Below are positions 47,271 to 60,615 of a stretch of DNA of 64,000 nucleotides, piece after piece. Numbering within the stretch: the first letter of the stretch is position 1; each line of letters starts with the position of its first letter. This DNA is from Sporopachydermia quercuum (taxonomy: Eukaryota), in the NCBI GenBank assembly GCA_001599295.1, contig BCGN01000007.1, forward strand, positions 12,433 to 76,432, written 5' to 3'. The notes under the pieces were generated by a model, which saw only the letters and a list, made by a program, of their open reading frames with translations, did no database searches and was not told the DNA's origin. The position numbers were made by a program, and so were the translations under genes.

Positions 47271-48407
47271 ATGACTTCGTTACACTCAAACTCGACTCAA
47301 TTCTCACTCATGGAATTGCCAAGAGAGTTGCAGTCGCTGGTTATTGAAGAATCAGACTCCAAAACACTCACATCTCTACTTCAATCATGTAAAAGCTTAA
47401 GATCGTTATCGTTATCGGAAATTCAATCACGATTAGCAAGAATAGCCAGTCTGGACATCTCGCCTTTGTCGATATCCCCAAATCCACTTAATGACTATAA
47501 TGTCATTTCCAGTGCAGCAATAGGAAATAGTGAAATGGCTATAAAGCCTCATTCGAGAATCATGATTTCAACCTATGCACCTTCAGATCGTGACTCCAAA
47601 GTATCGATCTACGAAACGGTATACTTATCATCACCCCCAGACTCCATTCTGAGTACTCCCAGTGAAACTCCTGTGAATTCAAAGCCTACTTCTTTCACGA
47701 ATCTAAGAGAACTGTTGACTCGATCTTCTGTCCCCTTTAGTGATGGAGACATGGAGGATGAGAATAAGTTTAATAGGTTCCCAGAGGCTTCCAATGGATC
47801 TGGTTTCATCTCCACCATTCAATATGGCTTGGGGAGCCATATCAGAAATGACTGTGAAGTTTCTATGTATTCAGCTTTCGCTATTGGCACATGCTTCAAG
47901 TCTCTGCCTGCTAGCTATACCTCGGCTCCATCGTATGCGGAGTTTGCAAGACCATTAGGTGAGGATGCCCCTGAAAACGAGTATATGGCGACTGTTGTAA
48001 TGAATGACTTCACATCTTTCTCCCAGGTTATTCTCCGGGTTTGGTTTGCCATTGGCTCGTTAGGCGAAGTGCCTGTGCGCGAGCATGAATCAAGTGCGAT
48101 GAGCGATACCGCTCGAAGGAACCTCAGAAACGGGGCTGGAAAGCCCAGTTTAAAGCTGTTTGAAACGTCACACAGGATTTATCGTAAATGGGCTGACGAT
48201 GGTAAAGAACACACAGTTTATGGCCCTGGTGGTGAATGTATCGTAAGGTATCAAGTGTTTCAAGGAGAAGAGTTACCAAGGATGGGACCGTATGATGAGA
48301 AGTCGCACAAGTACCATGTGAAGGTGAAGCTTTTGGAGATAAATAATGTGTTTTTATTGAGACGAATAGAGCAATGCATACCAGATGCTTTATATCTCAG
48401 AAGGTAG
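47271..48407 (+). CDS. F-box-like protein of unknown function
   Basis: 378-aa ORF. The N-terminal FSLMELPRELQSLVIEESDSKTLTSLLQSCKSLRSL fits the F-box consensus (LP.E....I...L....L..L...CK.LR.L). Confidence 0.65.
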   Translation: MTSLHSNSTQFSLMELPRELQSLVIEESDSKTLTSLLQSCKSLRSLSLSEIQSRLARIASLDISPLSISPNPLNDYNVISSAAIGNSEMAIKPHSRIMISTYAPSDRDSKVSIYETVYLSSPPDSILSTPSETPVNSKPTSFTNLRELLTRSSVPFSDGDMEDENKFNRFPEASNGSGFISTIQYGLGSHIRNDCEVSMYSAFAIGTCFKSLPASYTSAPSYAEFARPLGEDAPENEYMATVVMNDFTSFSQVILRVWFAIGSLGEVPVREHESSAMSDTARRNLRNGAGKPSLKLFETSHRIYRKWADDGKEHTVYGPGGECIVRYQVFQGEELPRMGPYDEKSHKYHVKVKLLEINNVFLLRRIEQCIPDALYLRR

Positions 48408-50229
48408 ACAGAAAAATAGGCAAATAGGAAGCAATTTAGGTAATGATTTTATATAATGGTTTGGGATTGGTAATTGGCAGGATATCAAGAAAATAGTGGT
48501 CTATTTGATAGCTAGTTCAATGTTCAAGCTGAATTCAATAGATTTTTGTTAGCTGATACTTTAGTTTACTTTTCTCCCGGATGAGTAGTAAGTAGAAGCT
48601 CGTATGGTAGTAATGCTATGAACTAATAGCATGAACTAATAGCATTATTTAATTTACTAGTAATACTACTCAAGAAAGATACTGAAGGGTTTATCTGCTT
48701 AATATCTTGCAGAACTTATTGTCGAACCTCTCGCAGAGTGCTCAGGATCGGGGTGATGTTAATTGTACAAGTAACCCTGCTATCCAAAGATTCTATAAAT
48801 AATCACATGAAATTTCTTAATTGTTCTACAATTACACTGGCATTTATTTCCTACATTTCTAGTATTTCTATTCGTATACTTAAATCAACTTGCTTGTTAT
48901 TCACGGTATAATTATCTGGAAAGCGAGGAAAAGAAATTGTTGTTAAATGTTTATATGCTGAATGAAGATGGAATACTCATCTACCTATATTAGCTGATAT
49001 TTCTAATGGATATGATCATCTATAAGCAGGAACATCAGCTGGAAGATTCAGCATGATCAGATCAATTAATTCTATTATTCTTTACGCTTTGTAATGATGA
49101 TTCACCTCAAATGATCCGTTACATACACACGTAATAGTATCAGGTAGCCACCAGAGAGAGTATTACTCCTCTGAAACATATTATTCCCATAATATGTAGA
49201 TATTTATAATATTACAATTATACTTCGTTGATCTTCTGCTGTTGATCACAGGCAAACGACAGAATTGTAGGTATCGCCATAAATAGAAGACTATCTGCCT
49301 TCAGTTTAATATGACATCTTTTCATGATTCAGCTTAGTCACTGAAAACTGTTGATTAGATGCTTTGCTCCTTATCCCAGAACAAACATACACCAAAATTG
49401 TGGTTAATTCTGCGTATCACGTATATATAAATCCATCTTTATAGNAAGTAAGAATATCCGATCTGGCCTCTTTATATTGGCCATACGATATGTATTTCTG
49501 CCGGTAATAATGCATTAACTTGATTCAATCTACCAGCACAAGAATTAATACAGACCTAACTCCAACAATCATTGATCAGCAAGCAATCTTTCGTATTCGG
49601 AAAGCAGATAGTAGTAAAACGTCAAACTGCGAAATGTGGATTGCGAACGCCCTTTGTACTAAGAAAGTTTCTCCCTATGAGGCCACCTAACTATCACTAC
49701 TGAAGCTCTTTGGACATTGCTATATGCTTTTGATTCTTACAGTATTCTAAGCATTTAATATGGAACGTCAAGGCACATTCAATAATAATAAATAGGATTC
49801 TAATAGTAATTAATAACATTGAACAGGGTCTTCAACATAATTAATAAAGATCATGCTGAATCAGAACAAACTCTTTTCAAACTCGATCTACTTGTAAAGT
49901 TGCTGAGGATCCTTTTCAAGTACGCGGAAGCAGGTAATTAGCTGATCTTGCCTTCCTTTTAGCTCCTGCAAACTGCAATTTTTTCAATTCACAGATTTAT
50001 TAATAAATAGTAAAGAGTCGCTAGCTCCAGAAAACAAATCCAATCCTTTGCTCTGCATATTCCTTGTGATCACAATTCCCTCCTATAAATGAAGCAACGT
50101 TTCATAATAACAATTCACTTACCTCCTGTTTTATCTCCTACTCTACTTTCATGCTATGTCACACTATGTTATGTTATTATACGTTGTTCCTACACCTCCT
50201 TCTATCATACTATATTATGTTCTTCCTCG

Positions 50230-51895
50230 TCATACTTTCTTCTTCCGTAACCTTCCATTTGCATACTCAATGACCTGAGAGTTCCCTTCCTTGGAAACGA
50301 AAAACTTCTTCAGCTTGGCATTGTTCCATACTACAACACCTAGCTCAGTTGCATATCTGCTCAACGACGCATATTCTTCATAATCTCGGAAATCTGTATA
50401 CAAATAACCTTCATTTGTCCTGATTCTATCCATTTCCAACTGCCATAATCTGATTTGATCTACAACAGTTGGAGGAAGAACAGTTCCTAAACCTTTTGAT
50501 TCTGCTATCTTCAACATCTGAGGATGAGCATGAGTTGTCAAGTAGAGAATGATCTGTTCAGCAGTAATTCCATTGTATAAGGCTCTGCGGACTGATTCTC
50601 TTGTCAATTGGCCCATAATCATATTAGCAAAACGGGCTTTCAAATGGGTAAATAGATGAATCACTGCTATTTGCAAGGGAGAAGAAGTATAAGCGTAAAG
50701 TTTAAAATTTGTCTCGATAATAACAAAACCTGTATCATTAGCAGCAAACTCATTAGAAGTTTCATCTGGGGCTCCATTGGCTGTTCCTCTAGCAGGTCCA
50801 CTCACCGCTACATTCCCATTGGTGTTAGTAGCATGATCTATTGCTGATGATGGCAGTCTTAAAGCAACACCATCAGATGTCAGAGTAGTAGCCAACCTGG
50901 TAGGATAGAATCTTCTTGATGATGATTTCCTTTGGTATACAAGACCATAGTCTCTTAGATCATCAAGCATATTCACTTGGGTCTCTGAAAGTACTGACAA
51001 GGAATAGTCTCGTCCAAGTTCAAGAGACCCTAACATAAAGATGAAATTGAGCACATCAACAGGGTCCATATTTAGAGATTCGGCCATTCGCAGATATTGC
51101 AATAGTAAAGTCCAAATCTGAGTATTAATATCTTGCAATAAGAACTGAAATCCCTTGTTAGTAATCCTCATATTATCAGTATCGTTTCCTTCCATCAAAC
51201 CACCATGCTTAAGTAAGCTGAGGACACCTCCATTAGGGACATCAGTATCAGGGGTGCCAACCATGAAATGGAGGATATTCTCCCATCTATTTCTAGCATG
51301 TTCGTCTAGGAATGGAATATCTACTTTATTTTTATCTTCTGTGGTGCATGGAACTCCAAACGCATTATTACTAGCACTAGAAAAAGAAACTATTAGTGAA
51401 CGAGAAAGAACTAAGGGTGTGAGAGTCCAAATGATAGTACATAGTAAGACTGTTTCCATTAGTACACATACCCTCCAGTTAAAGCGCTTCGTAATTTCCT
51501 TCGAAACGTCTTATTTAATGTAATCACCATTCCGTTATGTTCCTCTTTGATAATATGCAAGCCTTTCAGTTTGTTCATAGCTTCTATTTGATATTTTCGA
51601 GCATATGGCTTGACCCATTGGTTCAAATCTCTTGCATGGATTGGAACATCGTTAAAAATCATTGACATAATGAAAAATTTAGCCAATCGAGGCAAAAGTC
51701 GAAAAAAGGCTAAACATGTTGCTGGCTATCGTGAAATAAGAATTGTTAGTTGAAAGATACGGCAAATATGCTGGAAAAAGTACTAGTAGGATGATGATGA
51801 CTACTTACTGACTGATACAGCCTGGTCTGGATAGGTTCAGGGAGGCCTTCCAGATAATCATAAATGGTTTGTTTGAATTCGTAAGTAGTGGACAT
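50230..51895 (-). CDS. TFB2: TFIIH core subunit Tfb2/p52, 495 aa; exons 51895-51809, 51725-51472, 51376-50230
   Basis: YLE.LP....[47 protein letters not shown] and [12 protein letters not shown]. Introns 51726-51808 and 51377-51471 are canonical. Confidence 0.95.
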
Positions 51896-53182
51896 CTCTT
51901 TTTTTTTTGGCAGGATTCGAAGTTGGAGATAAGATGTTGACGGCAGCTTTTCAGCTGTGTATTCTGACTCTAATTACCAATGATTTGTAGGAGATTTTTC
52001 GTTCAAAGAGCGCTTAAAGAGAACGTCTGTAGTGAACGGTATATGAATGTGTGAACGTGAACTCAAGGTGAATGTAATTTGGATGCGAAATCGTCTACGT
52101 TGGTCATACCAATGGGGTTTTTCTTCAATTGCAATGATTTGATACAGGAAGTAGTTGTAGAATTGCAACAACAGTCCTTAGTATGCCGTTCTGTTCAGCT
52201 GTATGTAATCAACTTTTGCTTCGAAAAAGAAGTATCAACGATTTAGAGCTCCTCATATAAAGATTTCTATGCAAGGCTAAGGAACAGGTGAACTGCCATG
52301 ATTCAGGACGTTTACTTGACCAACAATTTTGCCTTCTGGCTTATGGGACTTCCCTTTCAATTGTACATTTGGATAATAAACACAAAAGAAGGAAGGAATG
52401 AAAAGATAGTTGTTAGGTTGAGAATTCGGAGATGATTGGAGGAATAGTTTCCGAAAAAAACAACGGAGATTATGAGATATATGTTTGCGTTGTATTTTTG
52501 AAAATTACAAGTGGAACATGGAGAATAGTGATATTTTCATAACTGTTATGGAGTACTAATTTGTTTGTTGATAGCTAGTAATCTTTGAGATGTCATAGGT
52601 ACAATTTCTCGTTATAATAGTTGTCGGGTGTAGTAAAGATATGATTGCAAGCCTGTACGAAAGTTTAGTCATGTGACTTGCAGTTTACTTCTTATTTTTA
52701 TGCACGTTCATGGAGTTTGTAGAACTTTAAACCGCCTAATTTGTCAGTAGATAAAGTGAAGTCGAACAGTTATATGAAGTTTCGGAGAATTGAAAGCTTC
52801 CATTCAATTGTCTTTATATGTAACAAACAATGTAATTAGCTGTCCTTTTCTTTCCTACAGTTTGGCACTTCTCCCTATTTTTTACTTGTAGAGAATAAAT
52901 ATCTAATACTTCATTGCATATGCAGATGAAATCTCTCTCTGTTCTGGTTCAACTACGTACATGTGTATGAATAACATGCATATTCATGCATATTGGTAGC
53001 AACTCTACCCTCAACCCTCATATTCGATTCAAAAAACAATTTAGAACCATATAAATCACCTATAAATCAAATATATATAATGTGTAATGCTCCACCATCT
53101 ATTAAACTACTTCAGGTTATATACAATAGGTTTCTCACACTATACTGAATGCATACCAACATCTATCCTATACATACATTGC

Positions 53183-55690
53183 TCAATTAACAATCTTCAT
53201 CACGCGAGAAAAAACTTGTTCAATACTTAAAGAACTCACATTTTCAAACGCTTTATCAAAATCACTGATCTTCAGCATGTCATGTTGAGCTTCCATAATC
53301 TCATCATCATCTTCTGTAAATGATTTTTCGTTTTGATCAGGGAGGATTGCACTATCAACTAAAGTTTTCAACTCATTTGACGAAGCAACACTATCACCAT
53401 AGGAAACCAAACCAACAGCTAATAGGCCAAATCTGCATTCAAAATCAATGAAACATAATCCTCTAGAACTATAGCTTAACCATGATAGACCAACATGATG
53501 TGAATAAATACGCTTTGGAGCGAGTGATTCAGGAGTGAAGACAAAAACGAATGCTTTGACTGACATGTTTTTGCCATAATAGTTAACGGCAATAGCAAAT
53601 TCGTGCAGTTCACTATTCACCGTCAAAAGAGATTGTGAATTGGTACTGGTGTTTAAACCAATAGACCAGTTGGGTTTCATTGTAGTTAGATCCAATACAA
53701 CCAGTCTTGTTTTAGATAGAACGATCAAATAATTAGACAACAATTCGACGCTTCGTATTCTGCTAGTCACATAGGAAGGAACCTGCCATAAAACACATTT
53801 AAGCTTACTATCATGAACCGAGATAGTAGACCCAAACGATTTGACAATAGTTGATTGATCATTAGACCAAGTCAGGGAGCCAGCTGACGATGTGCTTTTG
53901 ATTGATTCTGAAGCTCTACGTAGAACCCATGAAGAAGAATGGTCGGAATATTCCCAGTATCTTAATGCTGATGATGAATCCAACGTTAAAAAGCCAAGAG
54001 TGTTGTTTCCCGACGGAATAAGACTAAGAACTGCGTTATCACCATGAGGAGCTATGACTTTGGTCACAAGAATCCAAGGTGACGTTGCAATATTGCTTGC
54101 GCTGGATCTACTGCTCGGTAAATACTTCCAGAACTTCAAATTGTATTGTTTATCTTGAGAAGAGAAGAGTTTATCAACTGATTGGCTTGGGGTTTCGTCA
54201 ACGGTCACCAGCCATTCTCCATTTCGTGAGAATGCGAGATGTAAGACTTTAGGGTCCTGTAGTTGTCTTTCTGATAATACTTTGCCTGTTTGTAAAATAG
54301 GAGCAACTGTATGGATATATGCTTGTTCATTAGTTGCTATGTTGAATACTTGTAGGTACGAGCCAAACGGAACATAGAGATGGATATTATTGGGATGGAG
54401 TAAAGCNTTGCTGGTGTAATCAACTGAGCATAGAATATCGCTTTCACTCACGTCGGTCTTCTTCTTATTCTTCTTCTTCACGTCTTTCACGAGGTTCAAT
54501 GTTGATTTATTGAAAGCTGCTTTGATACCAGTAATGTTCAGTCTTGATACCAAATCAATAGCAGACAAGACAATGATTTCCGAGCAAGTGTTTTCAGGAT
54601 TCACAACTGTGACTGAATAATACTCACCAAACAAATCAATATGGATATCAGAAATTTCACCGGGTAATCGAGGAAGAAACTGTGTTTTATCTGTATCCAG
54701 TTGCCAGAACACCAACACCCGTTCTTTACCACCAGAAAGCAGGTAATTACTATCAATTGAAAACTGTAATGCATCCACACCAGAAATGTGCCATTTCAAT
54801 GTCCTTGNAGTTGCGGCTCCAGAAGAAACAGCATACAATAATTCAATTGACCCGTTTTCATTGCCAATAGCTACGACTCCGAAATTTGACACTGCAATTG
54901 ATGTCACATTCTTTTGTCTTGGTATGTAAACGGTTTGCGGATGAAATGTTTTATTCTCGTTTTCTGAAGCATTGAAATCAATATAATGGATTTCTAACGA
55001 ATGGTTCTTTACTGATCCTGTGACAATGACAGCTTTTGTTAGATCATGCGATTGGGCATAACATTGAAATTTGGTTGAGCATGAGAAAACAGGGGATGAA
55101 TTCCATTCGTATGAATCAGACTCGGAACTGTCTAACTTATGAACCACCAGAGAATTCACTTTCTTCTTCATCGCATCTGCAGTTAGTAACAATAGCTTTG
55201 TATTTGTTCCAGATTCGGTACCGTTTGATAATGAAGCTTTTATATCTTGCTGACTTATCTTATCATCGGCAAAACCAAGAACCGAATGTACAGCAACCCC
55301 TAAATTGAATTCCAGTTTCACTGATTTCCCTCTATTTACTAAGTCTTTATCCTTCCAGTTCACTATGGAAACTTTACCATTGTTATAAATAACCCATATT
55401 AGATCATCGTTCAACGGATCAATCAACAGTCTCACAACCCCATTACCATCCAACGGAATAGATCTAATTCTTTGCCGCGTCAATAGAAAATACACTTTCA
55501 ATTCATATGGAAACAGTACAATGAAATTCTTGTTATCGTTACTGAATATAGGACCAATATTGCTTGGCCTTCCACCAACAAGTGATGATACACGAAGAGG
55601 GAAAGCTGCTCCAGTACCAGCTTTCTTCTCGTTGTTGTTAGAACTGTTGTGGTTGCTGCTGTTGATGCTGCTGCCGTTGCTTTGCACCAT
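53183..55690 (-). CDS. UTP17: U3 snoRNP/t-UTP WD40 protein Utp17 (Nan1/WDR75)
   Basis: RTLKWH..V.AL.FS.D.NYLLSGGKERVLVFWQL.T...QFLPRL and W.LVTKVIAPH. The first ATG is at 55690. Confidence 0.9.
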   Translation of the reverse strand: MVQSNGSSINSSNHNSSNNNEKKAGTGAAFPLRVSSLVGGRPSNIGPIFSNDNKNFIVLFPYELKVYFLLTRQRIRSIPLDGNGVVRLLIDPLNDDLIWVIYNNGKVSIVNWKDKDLVNRGKSVKLEFNLGVAVHSVLGFADDKISQQDIKASLSNGTESGTNTKLLLLTADAMKKKVNSLVVHKLDSSESDSYEWNSSPVFSCSTKFQCYAQSHDLTKAVIVTGSVKNHSLEIHYIDFNASENENKTFHPQTVYIPRQKNVTSIAVSNFGVVAIGNENGSIELLYAVSSGAATXRTLKWHISGVDALQFSIDSNYLLSGGKERVLVFWQLDTDKTQFLPRLPGEISDIHIDLFGEYYSVTVVNPENTCSEIIVLSAIDLVSRLNITGIKAAFNKSTLNLVKDVKKKNKKKTDVSESDILCSVDYTSXALLHPNNIHLYVPFGSYLQVFNIATNEQAYIHTVAPILQTGKVLSERQLQDPKVLHLAFSRNGEWLVTVDETPSQSVDKLFSSQDKQYNLKFWKYLPSSRSSASNIATSPWILVTKVIAPHGDNAVLSLIPSGNNTLGFLTLDSSSALRYWEYSDHSSSWVLRRASESIKSTSSAGSLTWSNDQSTIVKSFGSTISVHDSKLKCVLWQVPSYVTSRIRSVELLSNYLIVLSKTRLVVLDLTTMKPNWSIGLNTSTNSQSLLTVNSELHEFAIAVNYYGKNMSVKAFVFVFTPESLAPKRIYSHHVGLSWLSYSSRGLCFIDFECRFGLLAVGLVSYGDSVASSNELKTLVDSAILPDQNEKSFTEDDDEIMEAQHDMLKISDFDKAFENVSSLSIEQVFSRVMKIVN

Positions 55691-56069
55691 TGTGTTCTCT
55701 TGTTGTGTATGTAGTTGGTAATAGTACCTTACTGTGTTTCGACTGACCAATCTACTATATACTAAATCCCGCTAGAGTATGATAATGTGATAGTAGATAG
55801 ATGATTAACAGCCTATTGTACTCCAAAATGCAAACCTATGGCTTATAATTGATTTAATAATCATTAATCTATGTTTCTAATGTACTAAACAATCACCACT
55901 AGCTGCCATCATTCGAAGCAAATAGAAAATACAACTATAGCAACGAATAAAAACCATTCCTCTATTTATCAGACCGTATGTTCATTGCAATATAATGCAA
56001 TTATCGATCATTTTCTATACTTTTAGCAAAACACCGTACAAATAAAAAAATTTTATTATGGGAAGAAAA

Positions 56070-56091
56070 TGAAAAATCTCAAGCCGGGTAA
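56070..56091. promoter_or_regulatory. RRPE-like (TGAAAAATCT) and Reb1-type (CCGGGTAA) sites in the UTP17/RPB10 divergent promoter
   Basis: Motifs at 56070 and 56084, between two ribosome-biogenesis-related genes. Confidence 0.45.
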
Positions 56092-56348
56092 CTCTAAAGT
56101 TAGATTGTCAAATTTATTATCACCATACCAAATTGAAGGCTAGAAGAAGTTTATACGATAGGATGATAGAGATAGCAACGCAGTTGCAGTTGTAGTAGTT
56201 GTTGGTTATATATTATATCTAAAGAAGGTAACTAAACTGGGAAAACGGTTATAGGAGTTAGAGGAGGAATAGGGAAAGCATATAAAGCTAGGTCAGGGAA
56301 GCGGAATCATATCGCATCACTATCACCTCACAATAACAAGATATCAAA

Positions 56349-56765
56349 ATGATTATTCCTGTTAGATGTTTTTCATGCGGAAAGGTATGTTTTGACATGA
56401 CGATAATGTATATTTTAGTAAGAATAAGAATGCTAGACTGGGAATATTGATAAAAGTTGAGACTCTAACAGTGGAATGGGTTAGGTTGTTGGTGACAAAT
56501 GGGAACAATACCTTCAACTGTTAGCAGAAGATATGCAAGAAGGTGAAGCATTAGACAAGTTGAAGCTGAAGCGATACTGCTGCAGAAGAATGGTGGTAAG
56601 TAAAAGATGACATCTATGATAATACTTGGTTTATTGATGCTATTGGAATGCTTTCTCATGATTTGTTACTTTCATATTCTAACAAAGCGCCTACAGTTGA
56701 CTCATGTTGATTTGATTGAGAAGTTCTTGAGATATAATCCTTTAGAAAAGAAGGACTACAACTAA
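56349..56765 (+). CDS. RPB10: RNA polymerases I/II/III subunit Rpb10, 71 aa; exons 56349-56384, 56485-56595, 56697-56765
   Basis: [22 protein letters not shown]...[28 protein letters not shown]. Not in the ORF track. Confidence 0.96.
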
Positions 56766-57455
56766 ACAAGACAATTCAAACTACTATCCAAAATCTGCTA
56801 ACTGTCAGCATTCAAGTATTTGGTGGTTCATGAAAAGAATTGTTTGTATTATAGTTTATATATGTTGATATAATAAAATATCGAAAATACTCTGCCAGTT
56901 TTTCGTGTTAGATGCCTGTGCGTCCGCTTCACCGATTTCCAACTCAGAAGAGAGTAAATCCAACCCGAGCCTTGGTCTGACTCATTATTCAAATTTGACC
57001 TTATGCCAATATCAATTATTATCCACTGGTTCTTCTTCTATTGCCAACTTATTCATCAAACTATAGTTCTCTCATTATCATGAAAATCCTTTCGCACTAA
57101 CCGGAAATGATTACTTCCCATATTCAATTATTATCTCCGTAATGTACCCACATCTTGTGCCACCCCATCTTTTTTAAACGATGTCTATTGTTTTGCTATA
57201 ATCAAAACTGTACTCTTATTATTGTCCTGATTTTTTTATAATCAACGTATATGATATAATATCATAAAGTCATACTATTGACAGCATTTTTATATTAGAA
57301 CTCTCTTTTTCATGCTATACATTTGACAGCGGCTACTCTCTATTGTTATTGTCACAACAAGTATCAACAACCCCTCCGCTTTTACCACAAATCTCTTAAG
57401 GAGACTCTGATCTTTATTAGCATCACAAACGTTTTCGTTTGGTGTTTGTACTAAT

Positions 57456-60218
57456 ATGACTAAAATATCCCTCACGAGCTCGAAAGAGCTAATCACAAAC
57501 TCATCTAGAAGATTACAAACATTCAAAAGTTCACGCTTCTTTTCAAATACCACCAGAGCTCGGACAAGTCCTCCATCATCATTTGCTCAATACGCTCAGA
57601 ACAATCCGAGATCAGGTGTTTTCTTTGTATCCAGTAGAAGACCTATTCTCACGTCAGCGACCAAAGCCCTACATGGAGATCTTTCTCAGGCTTATTATCA
57701 AGGAGCAAGAACTTTCTCATTCTCATCCATTCCTAAGATTCTTGCCAAGAGTGCACGTCTTCCGACAGCCATTGGATCTGTTATAGTTGGAGGTGCAAGT
57801 TACGTATCATATAAAGTCAATGAAGCCGCCAGCTATACACAAAGTAGAATAGATGAAGTGAAAGGTTGGATGAATGGTGCATTGGACACAGCAAGTGATT
57901 TGTTCGGATCTCTAAGTTTTGGTGACTCGCAAGATGAATCCAATTCTGGTTCATCAGCAGAAAATGAAAAACATGAAAAACAAGGCCGTAACGATAAAGA
58001 TCCTGATGATGATGGCTTAGAAGAGGCAGCAGCNGCTGCTGCTGCGATTGCAGTAGGTGTCGCAGTCTCAGAGGATAGCGAGAGTAAAAAGCAGAGCTCT
58101 AAGGACGATGATACAAGCATGCTTCATTTGACTAAACAAATGATAGAAATACGAAACATTTTGTCTCAAATAGATCAAGCTGATACGCTACAGCTACCAT
58201 CTATTGTTGTCATTGGTTCTCAGTCATCTGGCAAATCATCTGTGCTTGAAGCCGTTGTTGGACATGAATTTCTNCCTAAAGGATCGAATATGGTGACTAG
58301 AAGACCTATTGAATTGACACTAGTAAATACTCCAAACTCTGCTGCCGAGTATGGCGAGTTTCCTTCATTGAAGATGGGTAAAATAACAGATTTNCAACAA
58401 ATACAAAAGATTCTCGTGGACTTGAATCTATCAGTTCCCGCTTCAGAGTGCATTTCTGATGACCCAATTCAACTCAATATCTACTCACCATTAGTACCCG
58501 ATTTAACTCTGATAGATTTGCCTGGATATATTCAAGTAGAATCTTCTGATCAGCCTCCAGAACTAAAGCAAAGGATTTCAGACGTTTGCAATAAGTATAT
58601 CCAAGCTCCAAACGTCATATTGGCAATATCAGCTGCAGATGTCGATTTGGCGAATTCAAGTTCTTTACGTGCTAGCAGAATTGTCGATCCTAATGGTGAA
58701 AGAACAATAGGCGTAATTACCAAAATGGATTTAGTGGATCCTACAAGATCTCATGAGATTCTGCAGAATAAGAACTATCCACTCTCCATGGGATATGTTG
58801 GTGTTATCTCTAAAGCACCCTCTGGAGGTTTGTTCCGAAGATCCAACAGTTTATCTGCTCTAGTCTCACAAAATGAAGATCAATTTTTCAATAGAAATCA
58901 TGAGTTTTATAACGATTGTGAAGTTGGAACTCGATCATTGAAGAAGAAACTTATGAAGGTCCTAGAGAGGTCAATGGCAAGTAGTTTACAACCCACTGCA
59001 GAATCTATCCGTCAAGAACTGGAAGAAACAAGCTACTCATTTAAAGTTGAATTTAATGATAGATCATTGACTGCCGAATCATACCTTGCTGGATCAGTTG
59101 ATGCATTCAAATTAGCATTCAAAAACTTATCTCAGAACTTTGGCCGGAACGAAGTTCGTTCGTTATTGAGAGCTGAATTAGATCAAAAGGTTCTTGACCT
59201 ATTGGCTCAACGATATTGGAACAAACCATTGAAGTTGGATATATCGCCTAACATGAGCATCACTCAGAATGAAATCAAAACAATCGATCCACCACTGTCA
59301 GACTTACCTAGCTGCCCACCTGATGATATTTATTGGCATAGGAAACTTGATGCTGCTTCTTCAAGTCTAACTAAACTTGGTATAGGAAGAGTATCTACTA
59401 CGCTGGTTATAAACTCACTGCTATCGGAGATGGATCGATTAGTGATGAATACAACCTTCAAGAACCATCATTTTGCTCATGAAATGATCAAAGATGCTAC
59501 AGTCTCCGTATTAAACTCAAGATTCTACTCAACGGCTGATCAAGTTGAAAATTGTATTAAGCCTTACAAGTATGAAATTGAGGTTGAAAACAGAGAATGG
59601 AATCAATCAAGAGATCATTCCATCAAACTTATCAAGGAGGAATTGAAACAATGCGAAGATGCATTCCAAGCACTGAAGAAATCAATCGGGGGAAGGAAAC
59701 TAAATCAAGTTGTTAATTACATTGATGCTGTTCGTACGTCTACAGAGTCTGGTGCTCCTAAAGCATTGCCAGAACCACCAGAAGGAACCGAGGCTTACGG
59801 TTTTAGTGGAAATTTGATCAACAGAGGTAAAGAGGCCGTATTTCTCCGAGACAGAGCTAGTATTTTAAGAATGCGAATGATGGCATTGAAATCCAAGCAG
59901 TGTAAATCGAAGGAAAACAAGTATTATTGTCCTGAGATCTTTTTGGATGTCGTAGCTGATAAGCTGACACATACAGCTGTTTTGTTCCTAAATGTGGAAC
60001 TATTATCAGATTTTTATTACAACTTTCCCAGAGAATTGGATGAAAAATTGAGTAAATTAACCAAAGAGCAAATTGAAGCTTTTGCCAAAGAGGATCCCAA
60101 GATCAAGAGACATATTGAACTACAGCAAAGAAAGGAACTATTGGAATTGGCGATGGATAAGATTGAAGATGTGATCACATTACAAAAATCAAGAGTCTCC
60201 AGAGAACCTAAGTGGTAA
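57456..60218 (+). CDS. MGM1: Mitochondrial dynamin-like GTPase Mgm1
   Basis: Basic S/R-rich presequence, TM segment, second hydrophobic (rhomboid) segment, [17 protein letters not shown] and [13 protein letters not shown]. Confidence 0.96.
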   Translation: MTKISLTSSKELITNSSRRLQTFKSSRFFSNTTRARTSPPSSFAQYAQNNPRSGVFFVSSRRPILTSATKALHGDLSQAYYQGARTFSFSSIPKILAKSARLPTAIGSVIVGGASYVSYKVNEAASYTQSRIDEVKGWMNGALDTASDLFGSLSFGDSQDESNSGSSAENEKHEKQGRNDKDPDDDGLEEAAXAAAAIAVGVAVSEDSESKKQSSKDDDTSMLHLTKQMIEIRNILSQIDQADTLQLPSIVVIGSQSSGKSSVLEAVVGHEFXPKGSNMVTRRPIELTLVNTPNSAAEYGEFPSLKMGKITDXQQIQKILVDLNLSVPASECISDDPIQLNIYSPLVPDLTLIDLPGYIQVESSDQPPELKQRISDVCNKYIQAPNVILAISAADVDLANSSSLRASRIVDPNGERTIGVITKMDLVDPTRSHEILQNKNYPLSMGYVGVISKAPSGGLFRRSNSLSALVSQNEDQFFNRNHEFYNDCEVGTRSLKKKLMKVLERSMASSLQPTAESIRQELEETSYSFKVEFNDRSLTAESYLAGSVDAFKLAFKNLSQNFGRNEVRSLLRAELDQKVLDLLAQRYWNKPLKLDISPNMSITQNEIKTIDPPLSDLPSCPPDDIYWHRKLDAASSSLTKLGIGRVSTTLVINSLLSEMDRLVMNTTFKNHHFAHEMIKDATVSVLNSRFYSTADQVENCIKPYKYEIEVENREWNQSRDHSIKLIKEELKQCEDAFQALKKSIGGRKLNQVVNYIDAVRTSTESGAPKALPEPPEGTEAYGFSGNLINRGKEAVFLRDRASILRMRMMALKSKQCKSKENKYYCPEIFLDVVADKLTHTAVLFLNVELLSDFYYNFPRELDEKLSKLTKEQIEAFAKEDPKIKRHIELQQRKELLELAMDKIEDVITLQKSRVSREPKW

Positions 60219-60615
60219 TAAATGTGCATAATTTCCTTTCTTTCCTCAACAAAAGAGTGCAATAAGGCTAGTTTGATGAGTATGGCCTCAAAATGGTTGA
60301 TTTGGGTTTATTTCTTGCAATTCTTAATATAAGCATTACTGAATTCTTGCATTACTGGTTTGCTTATTTGCATGGGCTTTATAGCAATAATTAATCTAAT
60401 ATACTTTCAATTTGAGGGAAAGGCACCAAAGAGCCTTTCTTTATTTGTTAGTCTAATAACTGTATGAAAAAACTTATCGGTATGAAAACCCTTAGTGCCT
60501 CCTTGATTCTCTACTATACATTGCTGTTTGTGCCATCAGCCAACCAGTATTCATATGTCAATAAACCTGTTTGTATAATAAACCAAATTATTCTCCACCT
60601 TTACGAACCAAAGAA

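Noticed and set aside
48618..48643. 13-bp tandem duplication ATGAACTAATAGC x2
   Set aside because: A simple slippage duplication. No element lies between the copies, so it is not a TSD or a CRISPR-like array.
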